This document shows, piece by piece, positions 56,685 to 64,000 of a stretch of DNA of 64,000 bases. The notes under the pieces were generated by a model. The model searched no databases and had not been told where the DNA came from. It worked only from the letters and a program-made list of their open reading frames with translations. Made by a program: the position numbers and the translations under genes. Source of the stretch: Acinetobacter phage Presley; sequence record KF669658.1; one strand, 5' to 3'. Each line of letters opens with the position of its first letter. Within the stretch, counting starts at the first letter, position 1.

Positions 56685-56993
56685 TTATTCCTCGTTGTTT
56701 AATTCGGTCAGACTTACTTTTGCACTTTCAAAATTTGCTTCAATAGTGTCTAAGAAGATTGAGAAAAATGCGGTTGCATCTATCTGTTGCTGTAGATTAT
56801 CTGCATTTAATCCCTGCTTTACAAGTAAAGCCTTCTCTTTAGTTAAATTTAAACACTGGGTTCGTGTGTATTCTTCTACGATTGCACGAAACTCTGGAAT
56901 GTTTTTTAACTTGGATAATGCAACACCTAATGCAAGATTATGTTTAAGTGCTTCTGCATCACGATGTAGTTCTTCCGGTGTGAAGTTAGTCAT
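56685..56993 (-). CDS. hypothetical head-associated protein (102 aa)
   Basis: AAAGGAAAG SD after the portal terminator. Confidence 0.5.
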   Translation of the reverse strand: MTNFTPEELHRDAEALKHNLALGVALSKLKNIPEFRAIVEEYTRTQCLNLTKEKALLVKQGLNADNLQQQIDATAFFSIFLDTIEANFESAKVSLTELNNEE

Positions 56994-57010
56994 GTTACTT
57001 TCCTTTAGCC

Positions 57011-57038
57011 AATAAAAAGCAGGGGATAATTCCCCTGC
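57011..57038 (-). terminator. intrinsic terminator after the portal gene (GCAGGGGA-auua-UCCCCUGC + UUUUUAUUGG)
   Basis: 8-bp stem plus U5. Same hairpin/U-run/ATTGG architecture as the plus-strand terminators. Confidence 0.65.
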
Positions 57039-57054
57039 ATCATAACCAATAAAG

Positions 57055-59304
57055 TTATCCTTGTGTATGTATTGGTTTTGGATTTAGCTGAGCCTGTGCA
57101 TGATTCTGCAGTAGAGTCTGATTGTGATTCATACGATTAAGGTCTTTCTGCTGATCAAACTTCTGTTCATTCTGTATTAAGTTAGAACGGGTTTGTGCAG
57201 CAGTCTGAGCATTAATCTTCTCAATCTCTTCTTGATGTTTAATACCTTCTGCTTCTTTCATAAAGTCCAGATTAGATTTATCTGTCTTACTTTGAATATC
57301 AGATGCACGAGCATTACGTACTTGTACCTCAGCATCATGTACACGTGTTTTAGCTCTTGCTTCTGCAGCACGTGAGTTAGCTTCTTCGATCTCAGCTTGC
57401 AACTTAGCAATCTCAAGTTCTTGCATCTTCTGCTGTACTGGATCTGGCTGTGGTTGATACTGTTCAATGAAGTGGGCAAGATCAGGCATCTTAGATAACT
57501 TAGCAATCTTAGAGTAGATCATCTTCACATATTCAAATGGCATTGTTTGTTGACCAGTTTGTAATAAGAAAGATAATTGTTGAATCTTAGCTGCATCTTC
57601 TTCTGCAGTAGATATACTAAGTTTTAAATCAAACTCACCAGACAAATCATCAGGACGAATAGGTACGAATTCAGTATTAGTAATACGTACATAATCTTGA
57701 TCAGTTAAGAACATTGCATTCATAGTAATGAACTTACGACCTAACTGAATAATACCTTCTGAGATACGGCGTAAGATAGATAACTCACGTTTACTGGCTG
57801 CATCCATAGCACTACGTACTGCTGCAGCCGTGTCACCTAACTGTGCACCATTCATACCTTGGCTAAATGCTTTAACACCTGTTAATGCTTCTGCGTCACC
57901 ATTCCAATACTGCTGCATGTACATAACAGATTGAGGAATCTCAGGGAACTTATGTGTGTAGATAGAATTTGCAGCATTACCATTCTGAGGATTGAAATAG
58001 TAATCTTCACCGTTCTTATATCGGGTGAAGTTTGTTGCATCTAGGAAACCTTTAGAGAAACCAGTTTGACCATTGGCACTACGTCCAAATAGGTCAACCA
58101 TACCACGTGTCGTAGCACCTAAGATCTTCTGGTTATCTTTTAATAACTCTGCATCCGGTTCGCCATATACAGAGTCTTGAATAGGCATTAAGGGAATAAA
58201 AACAAATGGGAACTTCTTATCAGGGAAAGGGTTATCATCCAAATGGATAATCGTATCTGCTACCCAAGTAGCCACCATAGGCTGTAACATACCGTTATCA
58301 TCACGATCAAAATATCCCCAATACTCATAAGCAAGGATTCTTTTTCTTTCGGAGTCTTTGAAGTTATAGCCTGAATACTCGGATGATTGAGATGAGACTG
58401 GTGAAAGTGGTTGCGTGGCGAGTTGTTCATTAATCTTCTCCAAGTTCTTGTATTTACCGTCTTTGCGAAGATCAGCCATACAAGTTTCAAATTCGTATAT
58501 AACAAATTTAGCCTTACTCAAATCACCTTGACAAGTAGGGTCTACATAAACACTACCAATATCACAAACTTCTACAGTAGGGTGATTGGCAATAACTTTG
58601 GATACCTTTTCAAGATTAGAGTCTACCTGTGTTACACGTAATGCAACACCTGTCTCAGTATAGTGGTCTAAACCTTTCTGGATATTAGCAGGAATCTGAT
58701 CGTATACAGATGGATCTTCTTGTAGTTGTTGAAGGATTTGATCATATACCTGTGCCATTGTCTCATCAGCAACGTATTCAAATACAGGCACCTCTTCTTC
58801 TACATCTACATCCTCATAATGCCAACCAGTACGAATAACTGCAGTACCTTCTGTAGCACATCGGCGTACAGCACGTTCAATAAATTGCTGTAGTTGTATT
58901 TTGGTACGGAACTGATAGTTAAGTACCAACTGGTTTTGTTCTGCAGCACCTGTGTCTTCCCATGTCACGGGCTCTACTTCAAATAGATCAGGTGCAGCAA
59001 GGAAAGGTTCAGACAATGCGGGTATACGCCATTCAACCAACTTACGTACTAACTTAGGTGCAACACGCGAGCGACCTTTAATGTCTGGTGCAGCGTATTC
59101 ACCTGTAGCGTTATAACAGTCACGCCAATCTTCCACACGTCTCATGTGTGCATCATGTGGAATACGGGCCATCTCAAGATCTTCTTTGAGTAATGCTATT
59201 GTAGGTTCTTTCTTCCAATTAGTTAGATTGGGTTCCTGGTTATCAATAGGCTCAAAGGTATCGTCTTTTGGAATATCATTCATAGTAATACCAAGGGCTA
59301 ACAA
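57055..59304 (-). CDS. putative portal protein (749 aa)
   Basis: Size and position relative to terminase, scaffold and capsid. C-terminal coiled-coil and basic tail. Confidence 0.55.
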   Translation of the reverse strand: MLALGITMNDIPKDDTFEPIDNQEPNLTNWKKEPTIALLKEDLEMARIPHDAHMRRVEDWRDCYNATGEYAAPDIKGRSRVAPKLVRKLVEWRIPALSEPFLAAPDLFEVEPVTWEDTGAAEQNQLVLNYQFRTKIQLQQFIERAVRRCATEGTAVIRTGWHYEDVDVEEEVPVFEYVADETMAQVYDQILQQLQEDPSVYDQIPANIQKGLDHYTETGVALRVTQVDSNLEKVSKVIANHPTVEVCDIGSVYVDPTCQGDLSKAKFVIYEFETCMADLRKDGKYKNLEKINEQLATQPLSPVSSQSSEYSGYNFKDSERKRILAYEYWGYFDRDDNGMLQPMVATWVADTIIHLDDNPFPDKKFPFVFIPLMPIQDSVYGEPDAELLKDNQKILGATTRGMVDLFGRSANGQTGFSKGFLDATNFTRYKNGEDYYFNPQNGNAANSIYTHKFPEIPQSVMYMQQYWNGDAEALTGVKAFSQGMNGAQLGDTAAAVRSAMDAASKRELSILRRISEGIIQLGRKFITMNAMFLTDQDYVRITNTEFVPIRPDDLSGEFDLKLSISTAEEDAAKIQQLSFLLQTGQQTMPFEYVKMIYSKIAKLSKMPDLAHFIEQYQPQPDPVQQKMQELEIAKLQAEIEEANSRAAEARAKTRVHDAEVQVRNARASDIQSKTDKSNLDFMKEAEGIKHQEEIEKINAQTAAQTRSNLIQNEQKFDQQKDLNRMNHNQTLLQNHAQAQLNPKPIHTQG

Positions 59305-59416
59305 GTTTGAAAAATACTAACACATTCCTTGTAATTATTATCTGGCGTTGTTATATTGGATTCAAGGAATGCGTACTCAACTCCATAGCTACTTCCTGAT
59401 ATAAGCCATGAGATTA

Positions 59417-59450
59417 CCCCTAGATTAGACAACTAGGGGTTTTTTCTTTT
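59417..59450 (+). terminator. plus-strand-oriented intrinsic terminator inside the minus-strand late operon (CCCCTAG-attagacaa-CTAGGGG + T6CTTTT)
   Basis: The U-run is only on the plus transcript. On the minus transcript the hairpin is followed by UAAUCUCAU. Confidence 0.5.
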
Positions 59451-60228
59451 ATACGAACCCTCTGTTATAAAAATTAGAATTATCAGTAATCATTACATCA
59501 TTCTCAAAGCCAACTGCTTTAAGCTGTGCACACTCTTGTTCAAAGCTTGCCTTGTAATTATTACCCTCATGGAAGATACCACGACCAATAGTCTCAGCAC
59601 CTTTAGAGTTATATACACGTGATGCCACATAGTAGGTAAGGGCATTCATATATGAAGCAGGGATACCAATAATAATATCATCAATGGGATCATTTAACGG
59701 ATCTACTAACTCTTTAAGCTTCTTACCTGAACTGCGATAAGTAACTGTAAGCGTAGTATCAATTAAGTTATGTGGTATACGTAGCGTACGGTAATCCAAT
59801 GTATAGAGTGATGTATATAAACAATCTACATCTACATCCAATACCAATGGATCACGTACGTATTGCTCAGTATAACTATTAAGTAGTAACTCACGACCAT
59901 GCGGTGAGAAGATACTTAGGATTTCTAAGATGTCATCTTCAAATGGATTCTCAACAGTATCAAGGATGAAACCATCTTGGTTATTAGAGATAGCATTAGA
60001 CTTCTCCAATACATAAGTAGTTTTACCCTTGGTTGTCTTGAGGTGTAATACATTCTTGGATAACTCAAAGCGTTGGTGTAACACCTGTAGTCCTGCATTA
60101 ACCATACTGATAATACGGTTATACTCAGTACGCTTTACACGCGCTTCACCGCCTTTGCCTTCTACAATAGCCAACGAGTTAAACTCAGCACCTTGTAGCA
60201 GGGTGATTATCTCTGATAATAGAATCAT
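59449..60228 (-). CDS. hypothetical virion/packaging-associated protein
   Basis: Position between terminase and portal. Confidence 0.5.
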   Translation of the reverse strand: MILLSEIITLLQGAEFNSLAIVEGKGGEARVKRTEYNRIISMVNAGLQVLHQRFELSKNVLHLKTTKGKTTYVLEKSNAISNNQDGFILDTVENPFEDDILEILSIFSPHGRELLLNSYTEQYVRDPLVLDVDVDCLYTSLYTLDYRTLRIPHNLIDTTLTVTYRSSGKKLKELVDPLNDPIDDIIIGIPASYMNALTYYVASRVYNSKGAETIGRGIFHEGNNYKASFEQECAQLKAVGFENDVMITDNSNFYNRGFV

Positions 60229-60234
60229 GATGAC

Positions 60235-61857
60235 CTACACAATATAAGATTTAAGAGGATTCATATTAACTTGTTCTTCTTCTATATCCCACATACTCGT
60301 ACTACCTAAGTGGCCTACACTTACTTCACTTGGTTTAATTAATCGTAGTAACGGTAACTGAGAGATAGTATCCAGACCATCATCATGCTTTGATTTAAAA
60401 CCACTAGCAGCAACTAATCTAAGTTCCTCTAATAATTCTACCAAAGCAGGATCACGTTTCTCTGGATCTTCATATAGCTCATTAGGAAAGTACACACTAC
60501 CTTTCTTAAACATAGGTACTGTAACGTTGAATCGTTGTAACTTATCAGTAGTAGGACGTATACCCGGCTGTGAACTATTACCATGTGAACCAAGTGAGAA
60601 CCAGATATTACGATTCATCATCTGGTCAGTAATCCACGGAATGAATCCTGCTTGTTGTCCTGTTACTTCTACACCGACTTCTAATGGTCGCCACTTCTGA
60701 ACCAATCGGAATAGATCATTCATCGTATGATCCATAGTCTGACGCTTACAGATACCATCACACCAGAACCAATCACCTAGATGATTCACTGCCCATACTG
60801 ATATGAAGTTAAAGTCTGCAGACTGTTTAGCACTGGTTGCAAAGTCAGTAGTGATATAGAAATTAAATGAATCCTTATTAGCCATAAGAGTTCTTAAACT
60901 ATACCAACGGATATCACTCTCTTGAATCAATCGGTCATCATCACTCATGATTCGTAACATAAGTTCCTGGTTAAAGCCTGCAATAGTACCTTCACCAATA
61001 GCCATATCATAAGTACGTTTCACATAATCATAAGTAAAACGGTCAGGCCATGATCCCCGGAATTCCTCTCTACTACATGGGAACTTCTCACAGATCGGAT
61101 ATACGTTGACTTCCCATTCACCGGATTCAACCACTTCATATAATGGATCACCTGCATTAAACGGTGTACCACACCAGAAGGTTTTACTCTTAGTTGGGTG
61201 CATTGCATACTTAATTGCTTTATGCACTGTATCTTTAATAGAAGATATAACCGTAGGTGAACGGGCATCTTCATCTGAAACCAAGTCATCTAGGATAGCT
61301 AACTGCGGACGCTTACCTAATTCCTTAGTACCACGTACACCTGTCTTAGCACCGTACCCTTTAATAATTAACTTGTGCCCATTCTTATTACCTAACTCCC
61401 AACGGTTGTTAGTGAAGTGACAGCATTCAGGCGGCAACACTTGTTGTAAGAACTCTGAGTTCTCCCATCGATACTCTAAGTTCTTTCTCATATTGGCTAC
61501 ACCATTATCCACTGAGTCAGATACATAGATAGCCAAGTTCACTACACCAAAGCCGGGTAACACTTCATAAGTAGCCAAGTAAAGAAATAGATACTCCATC
61601 AAGGTAGTCTTACCAATACCACGATGCATCATGTTTGCTACGTTTTGTTTATCCGTAGTGAAACTATCCAATACTCTAAAGTGAACAAGAGGAGTTAAGT
61701 TCTCCTCACCTTGTCCACCATTAACCAACTTAATAAAGTTCACGAACTGTAATGCAAAGTCAGTAGGTACATAGCCTTCTAAATCCGAGTAATCAATATT
61801 ATTCAGATAATCTTCTACAGTTGGTGCCTTCTTCTTTTGAACCGATAGATCAACCAT
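60235..61857 (-). CDS. terminase large subunit
   Basis: Walker A-like HRGIGKTTLMEY, Walker B QLAILDDLVSDED, and a C-terminal acidic nuclease-like region. Confidence 0.75.
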   Translation of the reverse strand: MVDLSVQKKKAPTVEDYLNNIDYSDLEGYVPTDFALQFVNFIKLVNGGQGEENLTPLVHFRVLDSFTTDKQNVANMMHRGIGKTTLMEYLFLYLATYEVLPGFGVVNLAIYVSDSVDNGVANMRKNLEYRWENSEFLQQVLPPECCHFTNNRWELGNKNGHKLIIKGYGAKTGVRGTKELGKRPQLAILDDLVSDEDARSPTVISSIKDTVHKAIKYAMHPTKSKTFWCGTPFNAGDPLYEVVESGEWEVNVYPICEKFPCSREEFRGSWPDRFTYDYVKRTYDMAIGEGTIAGFNQELMLRIMSDDDRLIQESDIRWYSLRTLMANKDSFNFYITTDFATSAKQSADFNFISVWAVNHLGDWFWCDGICKRQTMDHTMNDLFRLVQKWRPLEVGVEVTGQQAGFIPWITDQMMNRNIWFSLGSHGNSSQPGIRPTTDKLQRFNVTVPMFKKGSVYFPNELYEDPEKRDPALVELLEELRLVAASGFKSKHDDGLDTISQLPLLRLIKPSEVSVGHLGSTSMWDIEEEQVNMNPLKSYIV

Positions 61858-61955
61858 TACTCATGACTCCCATGCTTACGCATTCCGTCATTCGTAACGG
61901 CATACCCAAATACAAATACAATTGCAGCCATTGCAATACAAATACTAATTAACAT
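61857..61955 (-). CDS. unannotated 32-aa hydrophobic micro-ORF (MLISICIAMAAIVFVFGYAVTNDGMRKHGSHE)
   Basis: ATG preceded by GAGGGGGAGG 7 nt upstream. Its stop overlaps the terminase ATG (TAATG). Single TM helix. Overlaps the 3' end of the upstream gene. Confidence 0.25.
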   Translation of the reverse strand: MLISICIAMAAIVFVFGYAVTNDGMRKHGSHE

Positions 61956-62628
61956 CTACAACCTCCCCCTCAATGATCTTACTCTCTGCAATTTGTCTGG
62001 CTGTCATCTGTCCAGTCTCAATTGCTCGGCGTTGTTCCTGCACAAGCTTCGCTGTGGCTTCTGCAAGGTCATCCATAATATTACTCTTAGTCATACCAAT
62101 ATCTAATTTAATCTTAGATTCAGTAGGTGGACGTAACACATCCATCAATGCTTTGGCTGCTTCATGCCTTACCTTCTCACTCTTAGCATTACGCATTAAT
62201 GCAGCTTCAACATTCACAGCTTCCTGAAACAGATCCATATTAAGAATATGTACAGGTACTAAAGCTTGGCTAAGAATATTAGTAACTAACTTAGTCTTGT
62301 TATACGCCGTGACAAAACTATTAATTGCATTAACACTCTTACCTGCAGCACGGTATCGAACCATCTTATCCGGGAACGTCTTACTAAACGCATCAATGTT
62401 TGTCATACCTGCCATCTTGTAAGATGCATACATAACAGCATTAAGATAATCATCTACTGTATATTTCCCTTCAGACAGGATATGTGTATATCCAATCATG
62501 TTCTCTCTAATACGTTCATAATGATCTGGATCACCTATCATTGCGTTAAGGTTCATTACCAGATCATCACTAATACCTTTGCTCATCTTGGCAGGTAAAG
62601 CTTGTTGCAATTCTTCTTTAGTAAACAT
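61945..62628 (-). CDS. hypothetical protein (first gene of late operon segment)
   Basis: Preceded by the terminator at 62679-62703. Confidence 0.5.
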   Translation of the reverse strand: MFTKEELQQALPAKMSKGISDDLVMNLNAMIGDPDHYERIRENMIGYTHILSEGKYTVDDYLNAVMYASYKMAGMTNIDAFSKTFPDKMVRYRAAGKSVNAINSFVTAYNKTKLVTNILSQALVPVHILNMDLFQEAVNVEAALMRNAKSEKVRHEAAKALMDVLRPPTESKIKLDIGMTKSNIMDDLAEATAKLVQEQRRAIETGQMTARQIAESKIIEGEVVDVN

Positions 62629-62678
62629 GGGTTACACCTCATTGTGTTAATGGCCCAAGCATAACCAATACACCTATA

Positions 62679-62703
62679 ATAAAAAAGCCCCGATATACGG
62701 AGC
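62679..62703 (-). terminator. intrinsic terminator (GCUCCG-uauau-CGGGGC + U6AUU)
   Basis: Hairpin with one G:U pair and a U-run on the minus transcript, between the small membrane gene and the late operon. Confidence 0.55.
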
Positions 62704-62721
62704 TTCTTATTTAGTTACCAT

Positions 62722-62928
62722 CTACATACATCCCTCAGTTATATACAACACTGCAGCTAACCAACATCCTAACTCTAATACCCCTGCAAGTAATGCTACC
62801 TTACTTAACTTGGTTAGCTTAGGTATCTTATGTACATCATCTAGGATAGATAACTTAATACATAAATAAGCACATAGACTTACTATTCCCCACGATACCG
62901 CCGTGGTAATAATCAATAATACATTCAT
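62722..62928 (-). CDS. small membrane protein (68 aa, 2 TM)
   Basis: VLLIITTAVSWGIVSLCAYLCI and VALLAGVLELGCWLAAVLYI. Confidence 0.4.
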   Translation of the reverse strand: MNVLLIITTAVSWGIVSLCAYLCIKLSILDDVHKIPKLTKLSKVALLAGVLELGCWLAAVLYITEGCM

Positions 62929-62930
62929 AA

Positions 62931-63098
62931 CTACACCTTATCTAAGTGTTTACTAAAGTGAACTTTATCACACTTAGTACACATCCATATTGAGCGAGTG
63001 TAACCAAGATAAATAACTCTATCGCCGTGTACTGTTTCCTTTAGCACATAGCTATGCTTACAGAAAACTCTACGGAATATATCTAATATTATTTTCAT
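62931..63098 (-). CDS. candidate 55-aa Cys/His-containing micro-ORF
   Basis: MKIILDIFRRVFCKHSYVLKETVHGDRVIYLGYTRSIWMCTKCDKVHFSKHLDKV contains C-x-H...C-x2-C...H. AGGA 8 nt upstream. Ends 2 nt before the 68-aa gene. Confidence 0.2.
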   Translation of the reverse strand: MKIILDIFRRVFCKHSYVLKETVHGDRVIYLGYTRSIWMCTKCDKVHFSKHLDKV

Positions 63099-63141
63099 TA
63101 ACCTAATCCTATTCCTTCATCGTTATTAAACATACCCCCTC

Positions 63142-63315
63142 CTATGGTAATTGTGCAGTAAAGTGATAAGCACTATATATAACTACATCTTTAGGATTAC
63201 CCTTCTTACATAGTTCATGTCCTTCACGTATTAACCCTACACGTAATCTCTGTGACTTAGGCAATACACTTAAAGTGCTACCCTTATGATGTGTATGTGT
63301 AATCTTAAATATCAT
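63142..63315 (-). CDS. candidate 57-aa His-rich micro-ORF
   Basis: MIFKITHTHHKGSTLSVLPKSQRLRVGL... Weak SD AAGGG. Confidence 0.2.
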   Translation of the reverse strand: MIFKITHTHHKGSTLSVLPKSQRLRVGLIREGHELCKKGNPKDVVIYSAYHFTAQLP

Positions 63316-63541
63316 GGCAGTAACCCTTAGCTAATTTGAAATGAGTTTACATGTTCTGAGGATTCTATGGAATTTTATATTTACTTATGACAGTAGGTCT
63401 TGGGGTCTGGCTTACACAAATCGGAAATACCCTCCCCCTATATCACTCTACAAAAAAGAATGCTTATTTCATGGACTACACATTACACAAACGCTCACGC
63501 TAGAACTAGGCTTATATCAACGTCAACTTAGGAGATTACTC

Positions 63542-63823
63542 ATGACTAAAGCTACTCAAACTACTGCTACTACTCAAGCTCAACCTATTCAACCTAAACG
63601 TGCTGGACTAGGCGATGCTTTTGGTATGCTCATGCAAACTACTGTCTCATCACTATCTATGGTCAACAACCTAGCAATGGCAGGTGAAAACATTACAGGT
63701 GTATTAGCAGATAAGTCAGAGAACTTTCGTGAACAACAAACTATTGCAGATACCATGAAACATAATCAGTTAATGGCTAAGCTAAATGAACAAGCTGCTG
63801 CATTAGGGATTGATCTCGATTAA
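63542..63823 (+). CDS. hypothetical protein (93 aa from ATG 63542; track 63341 start unlikely)
   Basis: AGGAGA SD 7 nt before ATG 63542. Thr/Gln/Ala-rich N-terminus. Confidence 0.4.
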   Translation: MTKATQTTATTQAQPIQPKRAGLGDAFGMLMQTTVSSLSMVNNLAMAGENITGVLADKSENFREQQTIADTMKHNQLMAKLNEQAAALGIDLD

Positions 63824-63831
63824 CAGTGCAA

Positions 63832-63862
63832 CTAGGTGTACATCATATGGTGTACATCTAGG
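63832..63862. repeat. direct repeat GGTGTACATC x2 (spacer ATAT) flanked by CTAGG
   Basis: CTAGGTGTACATC-ATAT-GGTGTACATCTAGG immediately after the last gene. Each unit contains the TGTACA palindrome. Confidence 0.5.
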
Positions 63863-64000
63863 TTTATCATAGGACAGTAAGATATGTATATATTCAATGT
63901 ATTGACAGTATCCATCCTCATATTACTCATCATATTTATTGTTATTGATATGAAGTAATACATGAGTAAGTAATTAATTTTACTTGTAATCTTAGTAGTT

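Noticed and set aside
1-64000. CRISPR array, integrase/attachment site, reverse transcriptase or DGR near the fibre genes, toxin-antitoxin pair
   Set aside because: No spaced direct repeats in any intergenic region. No tyrosine or serine recombinase motifs. No RT (YxDD) ORF. No template/variable repeat pair near 13951-23425. Genome appears strictly lytic.

Overview
The window is about 64 kb of an AT-rich, densely packed lytic phage genome. Its gene content and order match an N4-like (Schitoviridae-type) podovirus.

- **Left half (1..36.4 kb, mostly plus strand).** Early/middle genes for DNA metabolism: VWA/HExxH protein, Dda-like helicase, family A DNA polymerase, RNase H, Nudix, ThyA, NrdB/NrdA, Cas4-like exonuclease, primase-like protein, Sak4-like ATPase, SSB-like protein, RuvC-like resolvase, and many small unknowns.
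- **Interruptions on the minus strand.** A lone Ig-like gene (10367..10852) and a roughly 9.5 kb island (13951..23425) carrying a 2133-aa tail fibre, two small genes, an amidase endolysin with overlapped spanins, and a tail-fibre-like protein.
- **Right half (36.5..62.9 kb, minus strand).** A late operon: 3492-aa virion RNA polymerase with single-subunit RNAP motifs A/B/C, an SLT-domain internal protein, repeat-rich virion proteins, putative major capsid protein, acidic scaffold-like protein, portal, and large terminase.
- **Regulatory structure.** About twenty intrinsic-terminator hairpins punctuate the operons. Several share a conserved 'hairpin + U-run + ATTGG/TATAGGAG' architecture, and two show compensatory base changes.

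I found no tRNA, CRISPR array, integrase, reverse transcriptase or obvious toxin-antitoxin. The most distinctive candidates are:

- the relocated tail/lysis island;
- the covarying hairpin pair;
- an acidic KRTFG-repeat protein;
- a kinase-like small protein;
- several unannotated micro-ORFs.

All domain calls are motif-level recognition by eye; no database searches were run. The six-frame ORF track uses TTG/GTG as pseudo-starts in several places, and I have moved those starts to plausible ATG/SD positions.
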